In this document: positions 36,034 to 43,969 of the stretch, in pieces
How positions within the stretch are numbered: the first letter of the stretch is position 1
Layout of the letters: every line of letters begins with the position of its first letter
Source of the DNA: an uncultured Acidobacteriota bacterium
GTDB lineage: Bacteria > Acidobacteriota > Vicinamibacteria > Vicinamibacterales > CAVVIG01
Length of the DNA: 64,000 nt
Assembly (NCBI GenBank): GCA_963724725.1
Contig: CAVRVT010000001.1
Location: forward strand, 19,945 to 83,944
Reading direction: 5' to 3'
Notes under the pieces: model-generated
Told to the model about the DNA's origin: nothing
Seen by the model: the letters and a program-made list of their open reading frames with translations, nothing else
The model's database searches: none
Program-made: the position numbers and the translations under genes

Positions 36034-37345
36034 CACGAGACCGCGATCGGCGAGGACCCGGCGGCGGCGAGGTCGAGCCGTCCGCGCGGCACGATGCTGA
36101 GCGTCACGCGTGCGCCGGGATCCAGGTAGCGCTGCACCGCCAGGCGCATCGATTCGGGCGTCACGCTCCGGTAGCGCGCGAGGTCGCGATCGAAGTACGA
36201 GCGGATCGCCGACGAAGACGTTGTAGGCGTTCAGCTGATCGGATTTGCCACCGAACCCGCCGACCGTTTGGAGCCTGAAGATGAACTGCGATTCGGCCTG
36301 CGCGCGACCGCGCTCCATTTCCTCGTCGGTCGGACCGCCGGCCACGAGCCGCGCGATCTCTTCGAGCACGACCGCTTCGATGTCGCCGAGTGCGTGACCC
36401 GGGGCGGCGGTCGCGACGATCTGGGTGTAGCCGCCGATCTCTCGGGAATTCTGGGACGCGAACACATCGGTGGCGAGGCGTTCGTCGAAGACCAGGCGGC
36501 GGTAGAGCCGCGAGCTCTTGCCGTTGGCGAGCAGGTCGTTCGCCAGATCGAGATCGGCATCACCGTCGGCGAACATCGCCGGCGTCAGCCACGCGAGATA
36601 CAGCCGCGGCAACTCGACCCGATCCTCGAGATGGACGCGGACGTCGCCCGCGAGCAGCGCGGCCGACGCGCGCACGGCGTGAACTGGCGGCGCCGGGGCT
36701 GATCTCGCCGAAGTACCGATCGACCAGATTCGAGCGCCTCGGACGGCCTCGACGTCGCCGGCAATCGCGATCGATGCGTTGGCCGGATGATAGTAGCGCT
36801 CGAAGAACGCCACGAACTCGTCGAGCCGCGTCGCGCGCAAGTCCGCCATCTCGCCGATGGTCGTCCAGTGATAAGGATGGTCCGGCGGAAAGAGCGCGGC
36901 CAGCGTCGCCATCGGCGCCAGCCCATACGGGCGGTTCTCGTAGTTCTGCCGTCGCTCGTTCAGGACGACGTCACGCTGGTTCGCGAACTTGGCCTCGGTC
37001 AAGCGCCGGCAGGAGATAGCCCATGCGGTCGGACTCCATCCACAACGCGAGCTCGAGCGCGTTCGCTGGCACCACTTCCCAGTAGTTCGTCCGATCGGCG
37101 TTGGTCGAACCGTTGAGCGTCCCGCCTGCGCCCTGCAGCGGCTGGAAATAGCCGTGATCGTGATGCTGCGATCCCTCGAACATCAGGTGCTCGAAGAGAT
37201 GCGCGAAGCCCGTGCGGCCCGGCTGCTCGTTCTTGGACCCCACGTGATACCAGATGTTGACCGCGACGATCGGACAGGAATGATCTTCGTGCAGGAGGAC
37301 GTCGAGCCCGTTCGCGAGCGTGTGCTTGCTGAACGTCAGTGTCAC
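36033..37345 (-). pseudogene. M16 family zinc peptidase (HxxEH), frame broken twice (near 37000 and 36201)
   Basis: Frame a gives ...GFAHLFEHLMFEGS...WMESDRMGYLLPAL. Frame b gives TEAKFANQRDVVLNERRQ...NAYNVFVGDP. Frame c gives SYFDRDLARYRSVTPESMRLAVQRYLDPGARVTLSIVPRG...AVS*. Length is 3n+2. Confidence 0.85.
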
Positions 37346-37812
37346 CGGAAGTTACCGCAGGTCAACATCTCCTTGCCGTAGTACGGATTCGCGAGCGCGT
37401 CGCCCTTCTGCAGCCACGGCTTGTTCACCATCGGGCAATACGCGACGCGAACGCCGTCTCCGCCCGACAGCTTGAGGCCGGTCATGTAGGTGTCGAGCGC
37501 TTCGCTGAGCAGCCCGAACTTCTCGCGCACTCTTTCGATGTCCGGCGGCACCGCCTCGGCGGCCGCGGACAACTGCAGGGCGGCGGTGTCGATCTTCATC
37601 GCGGGCGCGCCCAGGCCGGTCGCGGCCGTCGCGATATTGCCGGCATTCGCCTTGACGTTCTCGGTGCTGTCGTCCGACAGCGCCGTCTGTATCGCGAGAT
37701 AGGGCTCCATGATCGAGGCCGGCATCGCGCTGCCGCCGGCGGGCGTCGTGCCAACCGTCGGCGCGCATGCGGCCGCCATGACGAACGCCGTCACCAACAT
37801 GAGTCGAGTCAT
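37342..37812 (-). CDS. DUF3347-like lipoprotein
   Basis: MTRLMLVTAFVMAAAC lipobox-like N-terminus. C-terminal YCPMVNKPWLQKGDALANPYYGKEMLTCG is typical of DUF3347. Confidence 0.75.
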   Translation of the reverse strand: MTRLMLVTAFVMAAACAPTVGTTPAGGSAMPASIMEPYLAIQTALSDDSTENVKANAGNIATAATGLGAPAMKIDTAALQLSAAAEAVPPDIERVREKFGLLSEALDTYMTGLKLSGGDGVRVAYCPMVNKPWLQKGDALANPYYGKEMLTCGNFR

Positions 37813-37814
37813 CT

Positions 37815-38894
37815 CTACCTCACAACGGTCAAAGGAATCGTGGGCCGGTTGTAGCTCGCAATCGACACCTGCGCCGCTGTACGCTCGGCCGCCGCCATGA
37901 ACGCGCGCGCCGCCACCGACTCGGGCTCGCTGATCATGAGCGGGACACCCACATCGCTGCCCTCGCGGATCGGCTGGTAAATCGGAATCCGCCCGATGAA
38001 CGGCAGGCCGAACTCCGTCGCCATCTGCTCGCCGCCGCCGTGGCCGAAGATATCCGACTCGCGTTCGCAGCCGGGGCAGATGAAGTAACTCATGTTCTCG
38101 ATCACGCCGAGCGTCGGGATGTTGAGCTTCTTGTACATCGCGATGGCTCGCCGGCTGTCCGCGAGGGACACCTGCTGGGGCGTCGTCACGACGATCGCCC
38201 CTGCGACCGGAACCGTCTGACTCAGGCTCAATACCACGTCGCCGGTGCCAGGGGGCAGATCGATCACGAGGTAGTCGAGCTCGGCCCACCGCACTTCGCG
38301 GAAGAACTGCTGCAGCGCTCCGTGCAGCATCGGCCCGCGCCAGATGATCGGCGCATCGTCGCTCGTCAGGAACCCCATCGAGATGACCTGCAGGCCGTAC
38401 TTCTCGGCGGGGACGATCTTCTGGCCGTCGGTGACGAGCTGTGTCTTGATGCCGAGCATGATGGGGACGTTCGGCCCGTAGATGTCGCCGTCAATGATGC
38501 CGACCTTGCTGCCGCACTTCGCGAGCGCGATCGCCAGGTTGACCGCCACCGTCGTCTTGCCCACGCCGCCCTTCCCGGCGCCCACCGCGATGACGTTCTT
38601 CACGCCGGGCAACGACTGACGTGGTCCGTCGGCGCCGACGGCTTCGCGGACGCGCGCGCTCATCGTCACGTCGACGGACGCGACGCCCGGCAGCTGCATC
38701 ACCGCCGCCCGCGCCTGGTCGCGCATCTGATCCTTCACGGGGCACGCGGGCGTCGTCAGCTCGATCGTGAACGCGACGCGGGGACCATCGATCGTCAGGT
38801 CCTTGATGAACCCGAGGCTGACGATGTCGCGGTTGAGATCGGGATCGCGGACGACCTTCAACGCCTCGAGAACGCTGCCCTGCTCGACTTGCAT
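37815..38894 (-). CDS. Mrp/NBP35 (ApbC-type) Fe-S cluster carrier ATPase
   Basis: N-terminal DUF59-like VRDPDLNRDIVSLGF; deviant Walker A GKGGVGKTT; CPGC. True start is MQVEQ at 38894, and the longer track ORF is antisense to the next gene. Confidence 0.9.
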   Translation of the reverse strand: MQVEQGSVLEALKVVRDPDLNRDIVSLGFIKDLTIDGPRVAFTIELTTPACPVKDQMRDQARAAVMQLPGVASVDVTMSARVREAVGADGPRQSLPGVKNVIAVGAGKGGVGKTTVAVNLAIALAKCGSKVGIIDGDIYGPNVPIMLGIKTQLVTDGQKIVPAEKYGLQVISMGFLTSDDAPIIWRGPMLHGALQQFFREVRWAELDYLVIDLPPGTGDVVLSLSQTVPVAGAIVVTTPQQVSLADSRRAIAMYKKLNIPTLGVIENMSYFICPGCERESDIFGHGGGEQMATEFGLPFIGRIPIYQPIREGSDVGVPLMISEPESVAARAFMAAAERTAAQVSIASYNRPTIPLTVVR

Positions 38895-38923
38895 ATACTC
38901 AAGAATATCGTACACTCGCCGCG

Positions 38924-39272
38924 CATGGCGGAATCGACGGTTTCTCCGAACCGCACCATGATGATCGTGCTGGCGTACCTCTGGGTGCTGGCGTTCATTC
39001 CGCTGCTCGTCGAAAAACAGGACACCGAAGTGCAATGGCACGCAAAACACGGACTCGTGCTGATGGCCGCCGAGCTCGTGCTCATCATCGCCTACATCCT
39101 GATGACGAGCATCATCAGCCTGGCGACCTTCGGCCTCGGCTGCATCCTCGTCCTGCTGCTGATCTTCGCGTGGATCGGCATCCTCGTCCTTCACGTCGCG
39201 GCTATCCTCAAAGGTGTGAACGGCGGACGTCTCCTTATCCCGGGAATCAGCGAATACGCGGACCGTTTCTAG
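38924..39272 (+). CDS. DUF4870-like small membrane protein
   Basis: MIVLAYLWVLAFIPLLVEKQDTEVQWHAKHGLVL... with 3 TM helices. Confidence 0.7.
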
Positions 39273-39279
39273 AATTCTC

Positions 39280-39531
39280 GTGGCGATCGCGATCGTCGCG
39301 CTGGCGATGAATGCGCAGCCGGTGGCGCTCGCGGGCATTCACTTCTATCAGCGGGCGCTTTCGCCGCTCGCCGCGCGCGCGGGTGTCCGTTGCCGCTTCA
39401 CGCCGACGTGCAGCCACTACGCGGAAGTCGTGATCACACGAGACGGGATCGTGCGCGGCGGATGGCGCGCGCTGACGCGCGTCGCACGATGCGGTCCCTG
39501 GACAGCGCGCGGCACGGTGGACCGGCCGTAG
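39280..39531 (+). CDS. yidD: membrane protein insertion efficiency factor YidD
   Basis: FYQRALSPL....CRFTPTCSHYAEVVI...G. Confidence 0.85.
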   Translation: MAIAIVALAMNAQPVALAGIHFYQRALSPLAARAGVRCRFTPTCSHYAEVVITRDGIVRGGWRALTRVARCGPWTARGTVDRP

Positions 39532-39532
39532 C

Positions 39533-39581
39533 GCTCAGGGCTGAGGGCTCAGGGCTGAGGGCTCAGGGCTCAGGGCTGATG
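39533..39581. repeat. tandem heptamer (GCTSAGG)x7 between convergent genes
   Basis: gctcagg gctgagg gctcagg gctgagg gctcagg gctcagg gctgatg. It starts 2 nt after the yidD stop and contains the stop and last codons of the minus-strand membrane gene. Confidence 0.9.
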
Positions 39582-39952
39582 AATAGTGACTTGCCTTGTT
39601 CGCTGAGCAGCAGCCACAGTGCGTAGATGCCGAGAGCCGTGCCGTAGGGCAGCAGCACCAGATCAACGGACCCGAGCATCAGCGCCATGATGCGCGCCCA
39701 GGAGCGGTGACGCCGCAGCGGAATCCCCACGACGATGTGGGCGACGCCCCAGATGATCGCGACAACAGCGAGTGTCGTGAACAGCGCGGCCATCAAACTC
39801 GCGGCGACTTGACTGCTCGCGCCGCCGCGGCCCGCCGACGTGATCAGCGCGAACGCGCCCAAACCAAGGGCCAGGGTCGACACACCCACCAGGGTCGTCA
39901 GCAGTCCCCAGACGATGAAGAGCACGCCGAGGAAATCGATTTGCCGCGCCAT
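39563..39952 (-). CDS. hypothetical 4-TM membrane protein
   Basis: 129-aa ORF that is hydrophobic throughout (FLGVLFIVWGLLTTLVGV...). Confidence 0.65.
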   Translation of the reverse strand: MARQIDFLGVLFIVWGLLTTLVGVSTLALGLGAFALITSAGRGGASSQVAASLMAALFTTLAVVAIIWGVAHIVVGIPLRRHRSWARIMALMLGSVDLVLLPYGTALGIYALWLLLSEQGKSLFISPEP

Positions 39953-39971
39953 TCGCGAAACGTGAAATTCG

Positions 39972-40027
39972 GAATCAAGTTCGAAGAATCAAGAATTCCT
40001 AATTCCTAATCCTCAAGTCCTGATTTC
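39972..40027. repeat. AT-rich degenerate heptamer tract
   Basis: gaatcaa gttcgaa gaatcaa g aattcct aattcct aatcctc aagtcct gatttc. Confidence 0.4.
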
Positions 40028-40032
40028 ACATA

Positions 40033-40434
40033 TTAGAAGGCGGCTGGACGAACGACGACACGGACTTCGACGCGCATGGACGGCGCATCGGGCGGATACA
40101 CGCGAAATCGCAGGCGGGCGCCGTCGACGACGCCAGCCGGGATCGGGACGCGAACGACGTGTCGCATAAGGGAATCGCCCGTCCCGCGGCAGATCCCGCA
40201 CGGCTCGGCCCAGGATTCCCCGCGGCCGCCGCACACCCGGCACGTGGCCCGCACCTGCACGTCCACGGACATCGTCCGCCCCTTGTACGCCTCGAATTTC
40301 GACACGGACACTTCGGCCAGATGCAGCGCGGACTGGGCGCTTTCACCGAGGAAGCGGTCCCGCATCCGTTCGACGACCCGTCCGACTGACGGAAAGTCGA
40401 TGGCGATCTCGTCCGCGAAACATTCGTGCGGCAT
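40033..40434 (-). CDS. DnaJ-like protein lacking a J domain (CxxCxGxG zinc finger plus C-terminal beta domain)
   Basis: CRVCGGRGESWAEPCGICRGTG followed by VRVPIPAGVVDGARLRF. There is no HPD/J-domain sequence. Confidence 0.7.
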   Translation of the reverse strand: MPHECFADEIAIDFPSVGRVVERMRDRFLGESAQSALHLAEVSVSKFEAYKGRTMSVDVQVRATCRVCGGRGESWAEPCGICRGTGDSLMRHVVRVPIPAGVVDGARLRFRVYPPDAPSMRVEVRVVVRPAAF

Positions 40435-40526
40435 TGACGGTCAACTAACGATAGGAGCGGCCACCATGCTTGTCAAGGCGCGCACAAGCTGGTAACGTCG
40501 CGATACAGATAGACTTAACAAGAATC

Positions 40527-40688
40527 ATGCCCACCAAGGACTGTCCATTATGCGGCGGTACGATGCAGCTCCAGGATCGGAAGACCGTCGTGCAAGTGCG
40601 CGGGAATCCGCAAGCCACGACGCGCAAATTCCGCGAGTGGGTCTGCCCTGATTGCGAGTACTTCGAGGAAGCGGACGAGAAGGACTGA
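40527..40688 (+). CDS. small zinc-ribbon protein (YgiT-like finger)
   Basis: MPTKDCPLCGGTMQL...WVCPDCEYFEE. ATG 40527 is preferred to the track start. Confidence 0.55.
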   Translation: MPTKDCPLCGGTMQLQDRKTVVQVRGNPQATTRKFREWVCPDCEYFEEADEKD

Positions 40689-40712
40689 CGAAGCGGGGTG
40701 ACCGGCGCTCGT

Positions 40713-40952
40713 CTAGCGCGCGCCGATCGTCAGGAGAACTTCCTTGCGCAGCGTGTCTTCGAACTCGGCGAATTTCAATTCCGTCTCGCACTCGTCGCAG
40801 AGAACCTCGAACACCGCCGGCCGGCTTTCCTCCGTCACTTCCACGCGTCCGCCGTCAACGCTTACAACATGCATCTGCAGGGTTTTGACCTGGAAGTTCC
40901 GGTCATTGCCGCAGTTAGGACAGGTCAACGTCACGTATGACTCCTTCGACAT
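40713..40952 (-). CDS. small zinc-ribbon protein
   Basis: MSKESYVTLTCPNCGN...VLCDECETEL. Convergent with the previous gene, 24 nt apart. Confidence 0.55.
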   Translation of the reverse strand: MSKESYVTLTCPNCGNDRNFQVKTLQMHVVSVDGGRVEVTEESRPAVFEVLCDECETELKFAEFEDTLRKEVLLTIGAR

Positions 40953-41011
40953 TTTGATTCTATGTAATGGTCGGGCCGTGCGCAATGCAAATATGGCCGA
41001 AATCTGTTAGA

Positions 41012-41179
41012 TTTGCGCGAAATGGCCGCTGAATCATTCCAAGTCCACAGCGAAGTCCGGGGTTCGCACTGGATTGCCTGGATAAGTCGGGACGGCTCCG
41101 GCAAGCCCGACCGTTCGGTGGTCATCGTCGCGAATAGCAAGGAAGAGGCCGAAAAACGCGCAGAACGCTGGGGTCAGCG
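41012..41179 (+). CDS. hypothetical 55-aa protein (weak HicB/UPF0150-like pattern)
   Basis: It is not in the track. MAAESFQVHSEVRGSHWIAWISRDGSGKPDRSVVIVANSKEEAEKRAERWGQRQS. The 3' end overlaps the helicase stop by 6 nt. Confidence 0.4.
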
Positions 41180-43969
41180 GCAGTCCTGACGCCGCTCCGG
41201 CTGCACAACCTCGTGCCGCTGCCCGCCCGGGCCCGCCCACGTCGTGTCTTCGCACGCCGCCGCCCTGCCGAACAAGCCTTTCAGCTCGTCCGGCAACACG
41301 TCCGCAAGGCTTCCGCGGCCAGCGCGTAACTTTCCGTCAGGGACGCTCGCCGACACGTACAGCCGGTCGCGCCCGCGCGTGAGCGCCACATACAGGAGAC
41401 GCTTCGTTTCCTCGCGATCCCTGGCCGACGCGTCTTCATCTGCCTCCGACTGGTAATCGGCGATGGCGACGGATTCCTCGCCTGCCGATTCGCCCACGAC
41501 GCGTATCGGCGGCCGCATGCCGCCGACGCCTCGACCCATGTTGACCACGAAGACGATGGGAAACTCGAGGCCTTTGGCGGCGTGCACGGTCATCAGGCTC
41601 ACGGCGTCAATGGCGTCGATCGCCGCGTTGGATTCGTCGCCGACCGCGAGCCGCTCGAGATGATCCGCGAGGCGCGCCAGCGTGGTGTACCCGCGATTCT
41701 CGACGCGACGGATCATCGACCGCAGCTTCTTGAGATTCTCGCGCGCCTGCCGCCGCCGGAAGCCGCGCAGTTCGTAGGCGTACGCGGTTTCGCGCAGGAT
41801 CACGTCCAGCAGTTCTGACGGCGTATCGCGATCGACGCGCCCAAGCCATCGCGGCAGCGCCGATCGCAGGAGATCGAACACGCGACGATCCTCGTCGCCG
41901 AACGACGCCGCGCCGGTCGGTTGCCCGCCGTCGATGTCGTCGAGGATCGCGGCCGCGACGCGGGGGCCGAGGCTCGCGAGGGCGCCATCGGATAGTCGGA
42001 CCACGCGCGAGCGCAGAAACGCGGAAGCGCGCAGATTCGACAGCGGATCGGCGAGATACCGGAGCAGCGCCACGGCGTCCTGCACCTCGTCCGACTCGAA
42101 GAAGCCAAGCCCCTTGTACACATAGCTGGACACGCCCCGGTCCGCGAGGGCGGACTCGAACTCGCGATGGCTGTCGCGGGAACGAAACAGAATGGCGATG
42201 TCCGCCGGTGCCGCCGGTCGCCTGACGCCGGTCGCACGGTCACGCACGATCGATCCAGAGAGCAGGCGAACGATTTCGTCTGCGACTCGTCCGGCCGTCT
42301 TCTGCACGGTCTCGCCCACGACAATCCCGAGCGTCGGGTACGAGTCGGCGCCCGCTGCCGGCGCGCCGGTTGAATCGACATCGACCGGCGGGAACCTGTC
42401 GCGCTCGTCATAGCGGAACGCGTCGCGCCGTGCCTCAGTTCCGCTCGCGATCGCAGCAAACACGTCGTTGACGAACGCCAGAATCGCGGGCGCCGATCGA
42501 AAGCTGACCGTGATCGCCTGCCGCGGCGTCGCTCCTGGGCGCAGCTCTTCGATGAACGCCGCGGCGTCGTCCACGAGCGCAACGTCCGCGTCGCGGAACC
42601 CGTAGATCGATTGCTTGCGATCGCCGACGATGAAAATGGACGGTTGAATGGCGTCGTCCGAGGCGCCGAGGCCTTCGCCCCACGTGCGAACGAGTTGTCG
42701 AACCAGCTCCCACTGCGCACGGCTCGTGTCCTGAAACTCATCGAGCAGCACGTGCCGATAGCGCGCCTCGAGCCTGAGGCGGCTTTCCGCGAACTCATCC
42801 AGGTCCTGCAGCAACTTGACCGCGCGTGCCAGGACGCCCGGAAAATCGAGCAGCGCGTGCGATTCGAGCGTGCGCTCGTACTGGCTGAGCGCCACCGCGA
42901 AGATCCGCCAGACCCCGCGCGACATGACGACGTTCAGGTCGCGCCGAAAGCTCCGAATCGCCTCAGCGATGGCAGGGGCAATGGAGGCCGCGATCTGACG
43001 ATGACGCTTCCACGCATCCTCCGTATCGCAGTCGTCCGCACGGAACCCGGTGCCCGCGAATGCCTTTCCCCGCGGGTCGCCTTCCTGCGTGAGGAAATAC
43101 GCACGCAGCCGATCGATGACGGTTCGAAATACGGCCTGCCCCTCGCGTGTGTCCAGATGGAGGGCGTCTGGACCCACCTCTCGCCCGACGGGCGGAAGCA
43201 TCGCCAGCTCGCGAATATCCTGCGCGAGCATCGCGAACTGCGGACGACGGAGCGGGCCGTCGGCGAGGAATGCGTCACACCCGTAGGGGATCGCGGACAG
43301 GACATCGTGGAGTCGCACGGCCGCATTCCGGCACGCGGTTTCGACGGTCAGACTCCTGGGGCCCGCCTCGAGAAATCGGCGCAGAACGCCCGGCGCCACC
43401 AGGCGCCGATCGACGAGCGCGGCGATCCCGCTGCGCAGGCGGCGTTCGCCGAGCTGCGCGAACACGAGCGCGACGTCATCGTCTTCCGAGGCCAGGCCCC
43501 GGCAGATACGAAACGCGCCATCGAGCGACTCTTCCATGAGCCGCGGGACGTCCGTGTCGGCCGCAAGCTCGAAGCCCGGGTCGACGTCGGCTTCGAGCGG
43601 AAATTCGCGCAGAAGCGACAGGCAGAACGCGTCGATCGTCGAAATGGCGATGTCGCCCAGGCGCGACTTCAAATCGCGCCAGCGTCCGGCGTCGAATTCC
43701 GAGAGCCGGCTGGCCTCCTTCAGCCGGTCGATGATGCGCTGGCGCATTTCCGCCGCGGCCTTGCGCGTGAAGGTGACGGCCAGGATGTGGTCCGGCTCGA
43801 CACCGGCGCGCAGCAGGTTGACGTATCGCTCGACGAGCACGCGCGTCTTGCCGGTGCCGGCCGACGCTTCGAGGACGATGTTCCTCGCCGGGTCGGTCGC
43901 GGCGGCGCGCGCGGCGCCGTCAGGCAGCGGCGCCTCTTCGACGAACGGCAGCCGCAGTTCAGACGTCAC
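41174..43969 (-). CDS. UvrD/AddA-family ATP-dependent helicase (no C-terminal nuclease domain seen)
   Basis: EASAGTGKTRVL, LAVTFTRKAAAEM, VLLDEFQDTS, TVHAAKGLEF, LLYVALTRGRDRLYV. GTG 43969 overlaps the addB-like stop. Confidence 0.85.
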   Translation of the reverse strand: MTSELRLPFVEEAPLPDGAARAAATDPARNIVLEASAGTGKTRVLVERYVNLLRAGVEPDHILAVTFTRKAAAEMRQRIIDRLKEASRLSEFDAGRWRDLKSRLGDIAISTIDAFCLSLLREFPLEADVDPGFELAADTDVPRLMEESLDGAFRICRGLASEDDDVALVFAQLGERRLRSGIAALVDRRLVAPGVLRRFLEAGPRSLTVETACRNAAVRLHDVLSAIPYGCDAFLADGPLRRPQFAMLAQDIRELAMLPPVGREVGPDALHLDTREGQAVFRTVIDRLRAYFLTQEGDPRGKAFAGTGFRADDCDTEDAWKRHRQIAASIAPAIAEAIRSFRRDLNVVMSRGVWRIFAVALSQYERTLESHALLDFPGVLARAVKLLQDLDEFAESRLRLEARYRHVLLDEFQDTSRAQWELVRQLVRTWGEGLGASDDAIQPSIFIVGDRKQSIYGFRDADVALVDDAAAFIEELRPGATPRQAITVSFRSAPAILAFVNDVFAAIASGTEARRDAFRYDERDRFPPVDVDSTGAPAAGADSYPTLGIVVGETVQKTAGRVADEIVRLLSGSIVRDRATGVRRPAAPADIAILFRSRDSHREFESALADRGVSSYVYKGLGFFESDEVQDAVALLRYLADPLSNLRASAFLRSRVVRLSDGALASLGPRVAAAILDDIDGGQPTGAASFGDEDRRVFDLLRSALPRWLGRVDRDTPSELLDVILRETAYAYELRGFRRRQARENLKKLRSMIRRVENRGYTTLARLADHLERLAVGDESNAAIDAIDAVSLMTVHAAKGLEFPIVFVVNMGRGVGGMRPPIRVVGESAGEESVAIADYQSEADEDASARDREETKRLLYVALTRGRDRLYVSASVPDGKLRAGRGSLADVLPDELKGLFGRAAACEDTTWAGPGGQRHEVVQPERRQDCR

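Noticed and set aside
37815-39338. 507-aa Mrp ORF with a 148-aa N-terminal extension.
   Set aside because: The extension is antisense to the DUF4870-like gene (38924-39272) and is compositionally junk. The conserved Mrp sequence begins at MQVEQ (38894).
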